The notes: a model not told the origin generated them from the sequence alone. DNA of 63,386 bases, filler included, from Octopus bimaculoides (GCF_001194135.2; 5 parts of 5 records of this genome joined end to end with filler, not necessarily neighbours in it), one strand, 5' to 3'; shown: positions 1-10,378, counted from the first letter of the whole stretch. A program made the numbers and translations.

Positions 1-120
1 AGTGCGTGTGCGTGTGTAATTCGTATAGTGCTAAGCAATGGTGGAGTTTGTGTCTGACGAAGCTGTGTAGAAAGACAATGTCTAAAGAAGCGGTACTTTA
101 ATACAATTATACCCAGCGAC

Positions 121-153
121 AGTACTACCACCACCACCACCACCAGCTGTAGT

Positions 154-225
<72 letters not shown>

Positions 226-275
226 AGTGGTAGTGGTGATGGTGGTGGCGGCGGCGGCGGCAGTAGTAGTAGTAA
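121..275. repeat. compound trinucleotide microsatellite (CAC/AGC/AGT/GGT/GGC)
   Basis: Directly visible runs of (CAC)n, (AGC)n, (AGT)n, (GGT)n and (GGC)n. Confidence 0.95.
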
Positions 276-377
276 TTTAGACGAGTATCTAGGAACGTGA
301 TGGTTGTTTTGGTAGTCTAATTATGATGTTATCAACGATAATGTTGGTGCTGCTAATAATTCCTCAACAATTAACGA

Positions 378-378
378 C

Positions 379-466
<88 letters not shown>

Positions 467-467
467 G
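378..467. repeat. (GAT)15 abutting (CAT)14: perfect 90-bp palindrome
   Basis: GAT units run 379-423 and CAT units 424-465. The centre is GATC at 421-424, and pairing continues to 378/467. Confidence 0.95.
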
Positions 468-727
468 CAGCGATAGTAGTCGATGTAAGGTAACAGTTGA
501 GAGAAACTCTCCCGTTAAAATTAATCATAGTATCTTTCAGTCGGTCTTTCTATATTTCTTGCATATGTGAAGTCCTGCCTTCTGTTGGAAAATGCTTCCC
601 TGGCACCGTTTTCCCTTGACCGTGTGTGTGTGTGTGTGTTGTGAGGTAATGAGCACAGAAAGGAGACAACGCGGGAGGGACTAGTTTTAACGAATGTTAG
701 TTTAGCGCTTAAAAAGAAGGGAAAGAA

Positions 728-763
728 CATTGACGTTTCGAACGCTAGTACTTCATCAGAAAA
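728..763 (-). ncRNA. minimal type-I hammerhead ribozyme-like motif (Penelope-like element type), slightly degenerate
   Basis: Minus strand reads TTTT-CTGATGA-A-GTAC-TAGC-GTTC-GAAA-C-GTC-AATG. Core CUGAUGA and GAAA are intact, the triplet is GUC, helix II has one mismatch, helix III is palindromic ACGU, and helix I is weak. Confidence 0.55.
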
Positions 764-833
764 AATAAAACAGAATAACAGATAAAAAATAGATATGTAT
801 ATAATTCTTTGTCTCGCCAACTAAATAGAATAT

Positions 834-875
834 GCTTCACTGAGGAAGTCTAATAAGACTGAAAGATGTCCGTTG
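834..875 (+). ncRNA. hammerhead-like motif, helix I not evident
   Basis: CTGAGGA(840-846)-AGTC-TAATAA-GACT-GAAA(861-864)-GAT-GTC. Core is intact and helix II is a perfect 4 bp. Helix III has one mismatch and there is no convincing helix I. Confidence 0.35.
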
Positions 876-1100
876 TTTTCCCCAATTGACTTTATATAAC
901 AAATTCACTCTAATCTTCATTGTCTATATTATCCAATAAAATTTCCTTGACTAAACTTGTTGGAGTTGTATCCCTTACTTGTTGCATTTAGATTTAAACA
1001 ATTCCCAAAAGACAGTTTTTCTCTCTTGACCGAATTTTTTCAATACACTGTATCAAATAAGTGAAACCATGCAGAAATTTTATAATCCCTGTGTCCATGA

Positions 1101-1245
1101 TTATTGGCAGACTCGTTAGTGCTTCAGACAAAACGACTTGCAACATTTTGCTACAATCATTTACGTTTTCAGTTCAAATCCCGCCGCTGTCAATTGCACC
1201 TATCATTCTTCCAAAGTGAAGGCAGTTTATAAAACTAAATATTCA
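1101..1245 (+). mobile_element. degenerate SINE family A copy (tRNA head)
   Basis: TGGCAGACTCGTTAG A-box-like and GTTCAAATCC B-box-like motifs, similar to the 3457-3693 copy. Confidence 0.55.
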
Positions 1246-1293
1246 TGCAGCCCAGGTACCGATTTAATATTCCTACGTAGCATCCTATTTTTG

Positions 1294-1674
1294 TCGGCAC
1301 TCCGTCGCTTACGACGTCGAGGGTTCCAGTCGATCCGATCAACGAAACAGCCTGCTCGTGAAATTAACGTGCAAGTGGCTGAGCACTCCACAGACACGTG
1401 TACCCTTAACGTAGTTCTCGGGGATATTCAGCGTGACATAGTGTGACAAGGCTGACCCTTTGAATTACAGGCACAACAGAAACAGGAAGTAAGAGTGAGA
1501 GAAAGTTGTGGTGGAAGAGTACAGGAGGGTTCGCCACCATCCCCTGCCGGAGCCTCGTGGAGCTTTAGGCGTTTTCGCTCAATAAACACTCACAACGCTC
1601 GGTCTGGGAATCGAAACCGTGTTCCTATGACCCCGAGTCCGCTTCCCTAACCACTGGGCCACTGCGCCTCCACT
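1294..1674 (-). mobile_element. tRNA-derived SINE family D, full length with 16-bp TSD
   Basis: Minus-strand head is GTGGAGGCGCAGTGGCCCAGTGGTTAGG...GGTTTCGATTCCC. TSD is TAGCATCCTATTTTTG (1278-1293) / TAGCATCCTATATTTG (1675-1690). Confidence 0.85.
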
Positions 1675-1886
1675 TAGCATCCTATATTTGAATGAAATTA
1701 TGATAGAAGACATTTAATCCGATGACTCAGGAGCGTCAATGTTCTTGATTGAGGATTTATATGCACCGTCATCTTAAGACATGGCCACACTGTGCGGTTG
1801 CCCAGGGGCCTCACGGCTCTAGGAATCCATTTCTGATCCATGTGCGCTGTGACTTACTGTCAATAAATAAATACTGTGGGACCCAC

Positions 1887-2080
1887 TGGAGGCACATGGC
1901 TTACAGGTTAGGGTATTGGATTCATGATCGTACGATTATGGTTTCGATTCTTGGACTGGACGATGCGTGAGTTCACGTTGCTCAACCCACTCAGCAAGTA
2001 AAACTGAGTAAGCCCACGACGAATCGGTGTTCCATCCAGGGAGGAATATATACGCCAGAGAAACCGGGAAACTGATCCTG
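1887..2080 (+). mobile_element. degenerate tRNA-derived SINE (head related to family C)
   Basis: GGAGGCACATGGCTTACAGGTTAGG...GGTTTCGATTC head, followed by the ttcacgttgctc motif shared with family C. Confidence 0.55.
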
Positions 2081-2492
2081 CGCTTCCTCATAGAGTAAAT
2101 ATGGGCTAAACATAGGGCCCAGTGCATTGATTTATCCGGTGGACTACAATCCTACTAAAATGACCTTGTTTAAATGTTGTACTCTAGCATTGCATTGGAC
2201 GTAGCAGGGAAAACTAAAAATCTAAAGGACGTCGAACCGGATTCCGAGCGATGTTTGTTCCTGCGCTTTAAGTTCTGAGTTCAAAGCCTTAGAATGAGAG
2301 AACTAATCCGTCGCCCGGTTGAACACCACCACCTGATACTTGAAAGCCTTTAACGGAGTCCGCTCTCTTGCAAACATTAGGGTCAGTTTGAGGATAACCT
2401 CATCTCCTCCTCCTCCTCCTCCTCCCATCTGTTTCTTCAAAGGATATAGGCACCGCCCTTTCCTCCTGACTGTAAGACGTATAAAATAAATA

Positions 2493-2666
2493 CGACGAGC
2501 TGGCAGAATCGTTAGCACGTCGAGGAAAATGCTTGGCAGTATTTCGTCCGTTCTTATGTTCTGAGTTCAAATTCCGCTGAGGCCGACGTTGCCTTTTATC
2601 CTTTCGAGGTCGATAACATGAGTACTAGTTAAGCACTGAGGTCGATGTAATCGATTTAACTTCTCC
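2493..2666 (+). mobile_element. SINE family A copy
   Basis: CGAGCTGGCAGAATCGTTAGCAC...GAGTTCAAATTCCGC...CCTTTCGAGGTCGATAA...GTCGATGTAATCGA. Confidence 0.85.
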
Positions 2667-2869
2667 TGGGTAAGAGTATAAAACCTGCACCCCTCTGCCA
2701 AGCCATGTGGAGCCAGTATGGTAGAGTAGGCTCATCAAACCAGTATGATCTCAAGCTCAAATTCACGGCCTCCACATCAGACCGAGGTTGGCGAGGAGAA
2801 TATGCTGAGGCTTTCAATCCAATCCAATCCAAGATAAAAAAATTTTTTTTTTTTAAACAGCCAACTATG

Positions 2870-3235
2870 CGATTGTTAATTTATAGATTGCAGGAGATAA
2901 ATTGAGTTCAAAGGAAGGTGTTGGGTTGCTTAGAACTTCGCATTGGCAGGTCACAGCTCTGGTACTACGTACATGTGATTAGAATGTTGCTGGAAAGCAT
3001 CGCAAGACGGATTCTTAATTCCGAACCAACCGGTAGGAGACCTAGAAGTGAACCAAAATGAGATGGTTGAATAATATCCATAATCTCAGTTGGTCACGCT
3101 TGTGAATTCAACCAGAAAATATAATGACGGCTGCTTCAGATACGACTCTGTGGAAGAGGTGCCTGAGGACTCTACGTTCCGCCACCAGACGACCCTCCCA
3201 GAAATTGTGGGCGAAGAAGATGGATAGGTAGATGG
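2870..3235 (+). mobile_element. RTE-clade LINE 3' fragment (pseudogenised)
   Basis: Translation with stops and frameshifts: QLWYYVHVIRMLLESIARRILNSEPTGRRPR...RWLNNIHNLSWSRL...LWKRCLRTL. This is typical of the RTE ORF C-terminus (LRWYGHV.RM...GKRPRGRP..RW). Confidence 0.75.
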
Positions 3236-3456
3236 ATTGAACTAAGCAAGGCGAGCGACTACGGAAGGTGCCCTGTGCTTTTGTCGTTGTTGTGGCTGTT
3301 GCTGTTTTTGTTTTGCCCCAGGTCTGTCCTGATGAAACAAGCCTTTGATCTCAGGCGTTTCAGTCAGATTTTCTATGAATGAAGTTATATGATAGATAGA
3401 GAGCAATATCAAAGCTTACAACAAGTGCTACGAACTGGCAGAATCGTTAGCAGTAT

Positions 3457-3693
3457 AAGGCGGCGAGCTGGCGGAAACGTTAGCACGCCGGGCGAAATGC
3501 TTAGCAGTATTTCGTCTGTCTTTATGTTTCGGGTTCAAATGCCACCGAGGTCGACTTTGCCTTTCATCCTTTCGGGGTCGATAAATTCAGTACCAGTTGC
3601 GCACTGGGGTCGATGTAATCGACTTAACCCCTTTGTCTGTCCTTGTTTGTCCCCCCCTATGTTTAGTCCTCTGTGGGCAATAAAGAAATAAGA
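3457..3693 (+). mobile_element. SINE family A, near full length
   Basis: AAGGCGGCGAGCTGGCGGAAACGTTAGC head, GGGTTCAAAT B box, central CTTTCATCCTTTCGGGGTCGATAAA..AGTACCAG, and a 3' AATAAAGAAATAAGAA tail. A short extra head fragment lies at 3430-3455. Confidence 0.9.
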
Positions 3694-3695
3694 AT

Positions 3696-3880
3696 TGTTA
3701 GCAGTATATCGTCTGTCTTTACGTTCTGAGTTCAAATTCCGCTGAGGTCAACGTCTTTCATACTTTTGGGGCCAATGAAATAAGTACCAGTTGAACATTG
3801 GAGTTGATGTAATCGACTAATCCCTTGCCTCAAAATTTTCAGGCCTTGTGCCTATAATAGAACGGATTATTTTTATTTAC
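3696..3880 (+). mobile_element. SINE family A, 5'-truncated tandem copy
   Basis: B box and central domain, ending in the CAGGCCTTGTGCCTATAATAGAA variant tail. Confidence 0.8.
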
Positions 3881-3984
3881 AAATCAACTTTCGTTGTCAC
3901 TCATACTGTTGTTGTTGTTGTTGTTGTTGTTGTCGTCGTCGACGTCGCCATTGTCGTTGCCATTGTTGCTGCTGCTGCTGCTGT

Positions 3985-4320
3985 TGTTGCTGTTGTTTAA
4001 CCCTAGGTCAGCCCTGATCACGCCGTCTTTTTTAAACCAATCACTAGGTTGTACAATGTACCTTTTTTTTTTTACTAAAAGTGTAGGACACGATTTGAGG
4101 GAGATTTGGTGGCTATTTCTAGCAGGTTGAGTGACTACAGATGCTCCCTCATTAGCTAGTTGCTATTATATTTGTTGCTATTATTGTTTAACCCTAAGTC
4201 GACCTTGATCGAGCAGACCTGTGATCAAAGATGTTCCAACTGACTCCATTCCATTTGAGATGTTTGGGTGTGAGTCGAGGGAGCTGTGGCTGCTATTTCT
4301 ACACGTCAAGCGACCTTTTT
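3985..4320. repeat. unclassified interspersed repeat fragments
   Basis: Recurring motifs AACCCTAGGTCAGCCCTGATC / AACCCTAAGTCGACCTTGATC and GGCTGCTATTTCTA (near 4110, 4288 and 4780). Confidence 0.45.
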
Positions 4321-4397
4321 TTTTTTTTCGTTTCTTTTTTTCAGTGTGCAGGAAACACAACGTCGCATTATCCAACATATCCAGACAATGGGATATG

Positions 4398-4770
4398 TGA
4401 ACCCTAAAACCCTAAATCTAAAACCAGTACAAACGCACGAACGATGTCATAAATAACAGTACCGCCGATAGTTGTTGTTGACAAACAACGGCACTAATTT
4501 TATTCAAGGGAAAAGATCCCATTACACCGCCACAACGTCTTGTTGACAAACCACAGCAGTAATTGTTTTCATCTCAATAGACGTCAGTGATTGGTTGAAA
4601 TTACCGAAATACGACAACTTTTAACATGAAATAACTTCGAATATCAAAATTTTTTCTCTGTTCTATAAGACAAAATATACAAGTATACGAAGTTTTAAAG
4701 TGTTTCGGTAGAAAACACACTAAATAAAACATAAATTTAAAAAATGGTGTCCGCCAAATCAGAAAGATCC
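4398..4770. mobile_element. one-ended member of the GGATC-TIR MITE family
   Basis: Ends in AGATCC at 4770 and shares AATAGACGTCAGTGATTGGTTGAAATTAC with 7478-8132. It begins with a telomere-like AACCCTAAAACCCTAAA. Flanks are GGGATATG (4390-4397) / GGGATATT (4771-4778). The left TIR is not recognisable. Confidence 0.65.
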
Positions 4771-4936
4771 GGGATATTGGCTGCTATTTCTAGGAGGTCG
4801 AAGTAACTAACTGATGCCAGTATTTTGGTCATTATGCACAGTTTAACAACAGCTACTCCTACTGCTGCTGCAGCTGCTGCTGATGATGATATTTCTTCTA
4901 CAGCTGTACTGTTACTGCTACAGCTAGTACCATTTA

Positions 4937-5141
4937 GCCCCCTGTGGGGTTAAAAATAGAGGGGACAAACAAGGACAGACAAAGGGATTAAGTCAGTTAC
5001 ATCGACGCCAGTGCGTAACTGGTACTTATTTAATCGACCCCACCGAAAGGATGAAAGGCAAAATCGACCTCGGCGGCAAATTGAACTCAGAAAAGTAACG
5101 GCAGACGAAGTACCGCTTAGCATATCAGCCGGCGTGCTTAA
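4937..5141 (-). mobile_element. SINE family A, 5'-truncated, 15-bp TSD
   Basis: Reverse complement of the family A body. TSD is AGCTAGTACCATTTA (4922-4936) / AGCTGGTACCATTTA (5142-5156). Confidence 0.9.
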
Positions 5142-5156
5142 AGCTGGTACCATTTA

Positions 5157-5176
5157 ATGATTACTACTACTACTAT

Positions 5177-5223
<47 letters not shown>

Positions 5224-5249
5224 TTACTATCACCATCACCAACGCCACC

Positions 5250-5280
<31 letters not shown>

Positions 5281-5318
5281 GCCACACTGCTACTGCTGCT
5301 GCGCTACAGCTGTTACTA

Positions 5319-5350
<32 letters not shown>

Positions 5351-5440
5351 GTCGGTATTTGCTAATACGACTATTGTTGTTACAAAGTCACTCATGCTGT
5401 CATTGTCACTATTGTTGTTGTTGTTGTTGTTGTTGTTGTT
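5157..5440. repeat. compound (ACT)n/(ACC)n/(AAC)n/(GTT)n microsatellite
   Basis: Directly visible. It explains the poly-T and poly-L ORFs. Confidence 0.95.
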
Positions 5441-5949
5441 ACTGCCCCTGCAGGCTGTCACCTTCATCTCGGTTCGTGAAACCATCAGCTTTATTATATT
5501 CAAAATGTTATTTTACTATTTTTGTTATGTCTTTTATTTTATTTATTTATTTCTATTTTATTTTTTTTCTTCTCGCGACGCCGGGGACTGGTTCTTTAGG
5601 ATTCGCTTGAGTAAAATTCCCGGCAATAGCGTCTATTCGCCGCCACCACAACCACCATCACCACCGCCACACCTACCCCCCCCCCNNNNNNNNNNNNNNN
5701 NNNNNNNNNNNNNNNNNNNNNNNNNNNNNNNNNNNNNNNNNNNNNNNNNNNNNNNNNNNNNNNNNNNNNNNNNNNNNNNNNNNNNNNNNNNNNNNNNNNN
5801 NNNNNNNNNNNNNNNNNNNNNNNNNNNNNNNNNNNNNNNNNNNNNNNNNNNNNNNNNNNNNNNNNNNNNNNNNNNNNNNNNNNNNNNNNNNNNNNNNNNN
5901 NNNNNNNNNNNNNNNNNNNNNNNNNNNNNNNNNNNNNNNNNNNNNNNNN

Positions 5950-6010
<61 letters not shown>

Positions 6011-6019
6011 ATCTATCTA

Positions 6020-6054
<35 letters not shown>

Positions 6055-6359
6055 TCCTCTCTCTCCCTTTCTCTCTCTCCCCCCTTTTTTGCGGAACTGC
6101 TAGGTTACAGGGACGTTAACAAACCCACATCGGCTGTCAAGAGACGAGAAACAAATACAGACGCGCATGCACACAAATACATAGATATGCACACACACAC
6201 ACATATACATATCCCTACACGTGTGAGTGTGTATATGTATGCACGTGAGTGTATGTATGTATGTATGTATGTATGTATATATTATGTATGTATGTATGTA
6301 TGTATGTATGTATGTATGAATGCATGAATAAATGTACGTGCGTACATAGGTACAAGGGC

Positions 6360-6515
6360 GGATCTTTACCTATAACTTCGAAAATACAGAATTTTCTCCA
6401 CAACGCCAAGAGTAAAAGATGTTGTATGTTACACATTCTACCAGTATACGAAGTTTGAAAGTGTTTAGTTACAAAAATTTGATTTTTCGATCTGCCGGTC
6501 AAAGGGTAAAGATCC
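6360..6515. mobile_element. 156-bp MITE, GGATC-TIR family, 8-bp TSD
   Basis: Perfect 11-bp TIR GGATCTTTACC / GGTAAAGATCC. TSD is ACAAGGGC / ACAAGGGT. The internal AAGAGTAAAAGATG...ACACATTCTACCAGT is shared with the right arm of 7478-8132. Confidence 0.8.
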
Positions 6516-6830
6516 ACAAGGGTTTCCGTCTATCGTATTCACTTACAAAGCACTGATCGGTTTGCGATCTAAATCTACTCCGATTTACAGGTTTTATAAT
6601 TGTTATTTAGCACGAGGCCCACCTGTCATTGAGCAGGCCTATGATCGGCTCGCCTCTCGAAAGCGGTTGCTCATGCCTGATCTGTAGGCTACCATATTGG
6701 TTGTTTTGTGATCGTTGGTTTATTGGAAGACTGTGTTAGTAATTGTTAGTTTGAATTCTCTACATTTTGTCTAGAGGATGTGACCATCAGAATTCTCCCC
6801 TCTGAGGCAATGCTTCCTTAGTATCCCCTT

Positions 6831-7054
6831 ATTTCTTTATTGCTCACAAGGGGCTAAACATAGAGGGGACAAACACGGACAGACGAAGGGATTAAGTCGA
6901 TTACATCGACCCCAGTGCGTAACTGGTACTTAATTTATCGACCCCGAAAGGATGAGAGGCAAAGTCGACCTCGGCGGAATTTGTACTCAGAACGTAACAG
7001 CAGACGAAATACCGCTAAGCATTTCGCCCGGCGTGCTAACGTTTCTGCCAGCTC
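6831..7054 (-). mobile_element. SINE family A, 10-bp TSD
   Basis: Reverse complement of family A. TSD is GTATCCCCTT (6821-6830) / GTATCCCTTT (7055-7064). Confidence 0.9.
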
Positions 7055-7074
7055 GTATCCCTTTCTATGTAGAG

Positions 7075-7220
7075 CAGGGGTTCTCAACCATGTTTTCTTT
7101 TTTCTACGGACCCCTTTAATTACTATTTTATCTTGGTGGACCACCCATAGCCATTCGATGTTTAAAAACTTATATGGACCCTCAGGTGCCATATGGACGG
7201 GCGCCGGTTGAGAACCACTG
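7075..7220. mobile_element. hAT (Charlie-like) MITE, 146 bp
   Basis: TIR CAGGGGTTCTCAACC / GGTTGAGAACCACTG (14/15). Perfect 8-bp TSD ATGTAGAG (7067-7074; 7221-7228). Confidence 0.92.
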
Positions 7221-7477
7221 ATGTAGAGTCATCCAGTGGTATAGCTAATCGGGGAGCAAGGGGAGCGACCGCTCCTCGCGAGCAGGTTTTTGAAAATTAG
7301 CGCCTTTACAATAATTTTTTCTTAACTCTTTAGTTCACTTGTGCGATAAAAGTCGAATCTTTTTTGTTTTTTCCGTTAATCGCACGGCCTTGGAAGAACT
7401 TTCTGGAGTCATTACTTCATTTGACCAGCCTCCCGTGTTTTTGAAACTGTCTGCTCAAACTCCTGTAATCTATTTAT

Positions 7478-8132
7478 GGATCTATTTTAAAACGGGGGCA
7501 CCGGTTTTCATTTATATTTTATGTAGTGTTTTTGGTACCGAAAGACTTTCAAACTTCGTATATTTATCTATTTTGTGTTATAGAACAGAAAAAAAATTTT
7601 GTATTCGAATTTATTTCATGTAAAAAATTGTCTTATTTCGATAATTTCTACTAATCACTGACGTCTATTCAGTTGAAAACAGTTAGCGCTGTAACGGTGT
7701 ATATCGTATTAATCCCCTAACCCTAACTAGACTGTTAACCGTAACCCTAACCCTAACCCTAACCCTAACCCTAACTCTAGAATCCGAACTCTAAAATTGT
7801 TACACACATAGATACGCACAGCGTAATTTATTATATAAACAATATATGCGTATAAATTACGATTAAACCGGATGAAATATGTCACAGGGAATAACATTTT
7901 TATGACCGCCCAGCAGTAACTCTATTCAGCTGAATAGACGTCAGTGATTGGTTGAAATTACAGAAATACGACAACTTTAACATGGAATAACTTGCGATGT
8001 ACGTTTTTTTGTTAAGAAGACTAAGAGTAAAAGATGTTTTATATGACACATTCTACCAGTGTCCCAAGTTTCAAAGTGTTTCGTTAGTGTTTCGTTAAGA
8101 AAATACTGGTGCCCCCGTTTTAAAATAGATCC
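7478..8132. mobile_element. 655-bp MITE, GGATC-TIR family, long imperfect TIRs, 8-bp TSD
   Basis: Perfect 25-bp terminal IR GGATCTATTTTAAAACGGGGGCACC, with imperfect IR extending about 200 bp. TSD is CTATTTAT (7470-7477) / CTATTGAT (8133-8140). Confidence 0.9.
7715..7778. repeat. interstitial telomeric repeat (TAACCC)n = (TTAGGG)n
   Basis: Five perfect TAACCC units at 7742-7771 plus degenerate units, inside the MITE spacer. Confidence 0.9.
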
Positions 8133-9069
8133 CTATTGATTAGTGGCCACTGACATCTGAAGAACCTGAAAAAAAAACCCAGAAATCATAACCTCTCGAC
8201 ACTGGACGATCTCGTGGAGTTTCATCTTTTTCACGTCACACTTATATCATTAGTTATAAGTTTCATACATAATGACATTGTTACTGCGACATGAAATTAA
8301 TGAATGAAAAACACAAGTACGTATAATTAATGAAATATTTAGCGCAATATAAGAGAAATGTGTTAAAAATTGTTTGGTATGTGTCACAGCGCCTTTTTTT
8401 TTTTAATGTGCTCCCTTCCCCTAACTTTAGAACATGGCTACGCCTCTGGAGCCATCCTTACCAATTCAGGCATTAAAATCCCCCAGGAGGAGGATTAGCT
8501 TGTCTTTGCTTGGCACTCCTCAAATTACTCCACTGAGGTCATCATAGAAGGCTACTTTTGATTCATCTGTGTAGGTCATGGTTGAGGCGTAGAATACTTT
8601 AGGATGGTGGCATGCGTACCGCCAACGAGACGGTCATTGATTCCTTTCGGTAGCGATTTGAGCCTGTTTGCAAGCCGAGACTATTACATTGGTAAACGGT
8701 GAGTGATACCGTGGACTGGAATTTGAAAAAGAAAAAAAGAAACAATAATAATAATATATATAAATACAATTAAAGCCAATAAATAGTTTTAAGCCTTTTA
8801 AGATGGGGGAGAGAGAGGGGGAAGCGAGAGAGGAGGAAGAGAGATGGGGGGAGGGTTAGTCGTTAGCGTTAGTTCCATTAGTTATCGAGTTACTGTTTAT
8901 GGTGTTTTTTGGTGTTGTTTAAGAGCGGAAAAGGCAGTTTCACAGTTTACTGCTTGTTTGAAACACTACCACCGAATAAAAATCATAAAATACCAGCTAC
9001 GTCGTACCTCGATAGGAGAAGGTGGAGACAGAAAGGGTGGTGCTGGAGTTAGAGTGAGAGGGAGAGACA

Positions 9070-9172
9070 GAGCTGGTGATGTTAGTGGTGGTGGTGGTGG
9101 TAGTGGCGATGGCGGTGAGGTGGTGGTGGTGTTAGTGGTGATAGTCGTAATGATAGTAAAGGTGTTTTATAG

Positions 9173-9203
<31 letters not shown>

Positions 9204-9420
9204 GATAATGGTGGGGTGCTGGTAGTGGTAGTGGTGGTTGGGTGATGTTAGTAGTAGTAGTAGTCATGGTGATAATGATGGCGTTATATAGTGTTGTTGT
9301 TGTTGGTGGTAGTGGTGGTGGTGGTATACTGGTAATCAGGGTTATGTTGGTTGTAATTTTAGTAGTTGTGATAATGTTGGTGATAATGATAATGATGATG
9401 ATGATGATGTTAGTGGAGAT
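9070..9420. repeat. degenerate (GGT)n/(GTT)n/(GAT)n microsatellite field
   Basis: Directly visible. Confidence 0.9.
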
Positions 9421-10147
9421 GATAAACGAGACAAAACGTTTTGTTTTTAATTTGCTTACATTTATTTTGTTTTTTTTTAAATTTTATTTTATGGTATGAT
9501 TTCTTTATCACAATGCAGAAATATATACATATTGAAGTACATTTCTATATCATATTAAAACATAAGTAGTTATAGTGAATCCTTTCGAATCGGGATACAA
9601 CTCAAGTCCTGTGCAAAACGGCAGAAGTCACTGCAAGACCGGTTTCTTGATCATTATCCTTCGTCACTTTCCGTTAAACTTCGCCGTCTGGCTTTAAAAG
9701 CTTTATAGCTATTTAAAACATTCTTCGTAGCTTCCAAGTGGATATATCAATTAGCACATTGTGCTTAGTTTGACAACTGTTAAAATTATCTTTATCGTTG
9801 CTAAACACAGATTGAAAACTAAAACATTTAATGTTCGAGTTGTACGTATAATTTATATGTTTGAGTAAGGTAATTCTTTAAGGCTATCGAAACAACGTCA
9901 GAGATGCTTCGAATACCACGAAGGGATTTTTAACTCTAGCTGTATACATCAACCTGTAGATTAATTAATTAATCATAGCATTTCTGTGTTTCTTTTGACC
10001 CAGCCGATAGGTGAAGTGATACTGTTTCATTATAGCATATAAAATTATATTTGAAAACATTTTAGTTGCATTTATCTGACAAGTTATTTGATATGAGACT
10101 GTATGTCGTGGTCAAAATAATTTCAGTCATGCTAGCCATTTCACACA

Positions 10148-10202
<55 letters not shown>

Positions 10203-10224
10203 CTGAATACATGAATGTGTGTGC

Positions 10225-10378
10225 GTTGGTACAGTGTGGCTGAATGGTTTTGAAGTTCATTCTTAACCAAGTTCCCCGCGAGGCCTCTGAATTAAATATC
10301 ATTTTCTATAACCTCATGTCGCTCCATACCTTGTGAGTAAAATTGAGTAAACGGAAACTGTATAGAAGCCCGTCGAGT
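10225..10378 (+). mobile_element. degenerate SINE family B 5' half
   Basis: GTGTGGCTGAATGGTTT head, and CCTTGTGAGT...ACGGAAACTGTATAGAAGCCCGTCG as in other family B copies. Confidence 0.55.

Larger units (their letters stand above)
7234..8448. mobile_element. non-autonomous hAT-like element with nested MITE
   Basis: Ends are CAGTGGTATAGCTA / TGGCTACGCCTCTG (10/14). The 8-bp TSD is GAGTCATC (7226-7233) / GAGCCATC (8449-8456). Confidence 0.8.
6698..8690 (-). pseudogene. RTE-clade LINE apurinic endonuclease relic, split by insertions
   Basis: After removing the insertions and one TSD copy each, the minus strand reads LPKGINDRL...YASTMTYTDESKVAFYDDL...KDKLILLLGDFNA*IGKDDST*KGILRKH...TKCREFKLTITNTVFQ. 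This matches RTE APE motifs (YAPT, GDFNARVG, LITNTVF). Confidence 0.85.

Noticed and set aside
54-90. CTGACGA...GAAA-GAC-AAT-GTC-TA hammerhead-like string
   Set aside because: Helix III is fine, but helix II does not pair and helix I has only one pair.
5157-6119. 320-aa ORF and other long ORFs (poly-T/V/D/I/IY/HT/X)
   Set aside because: These are translations of microsatellites and N gaps. No coding signal.
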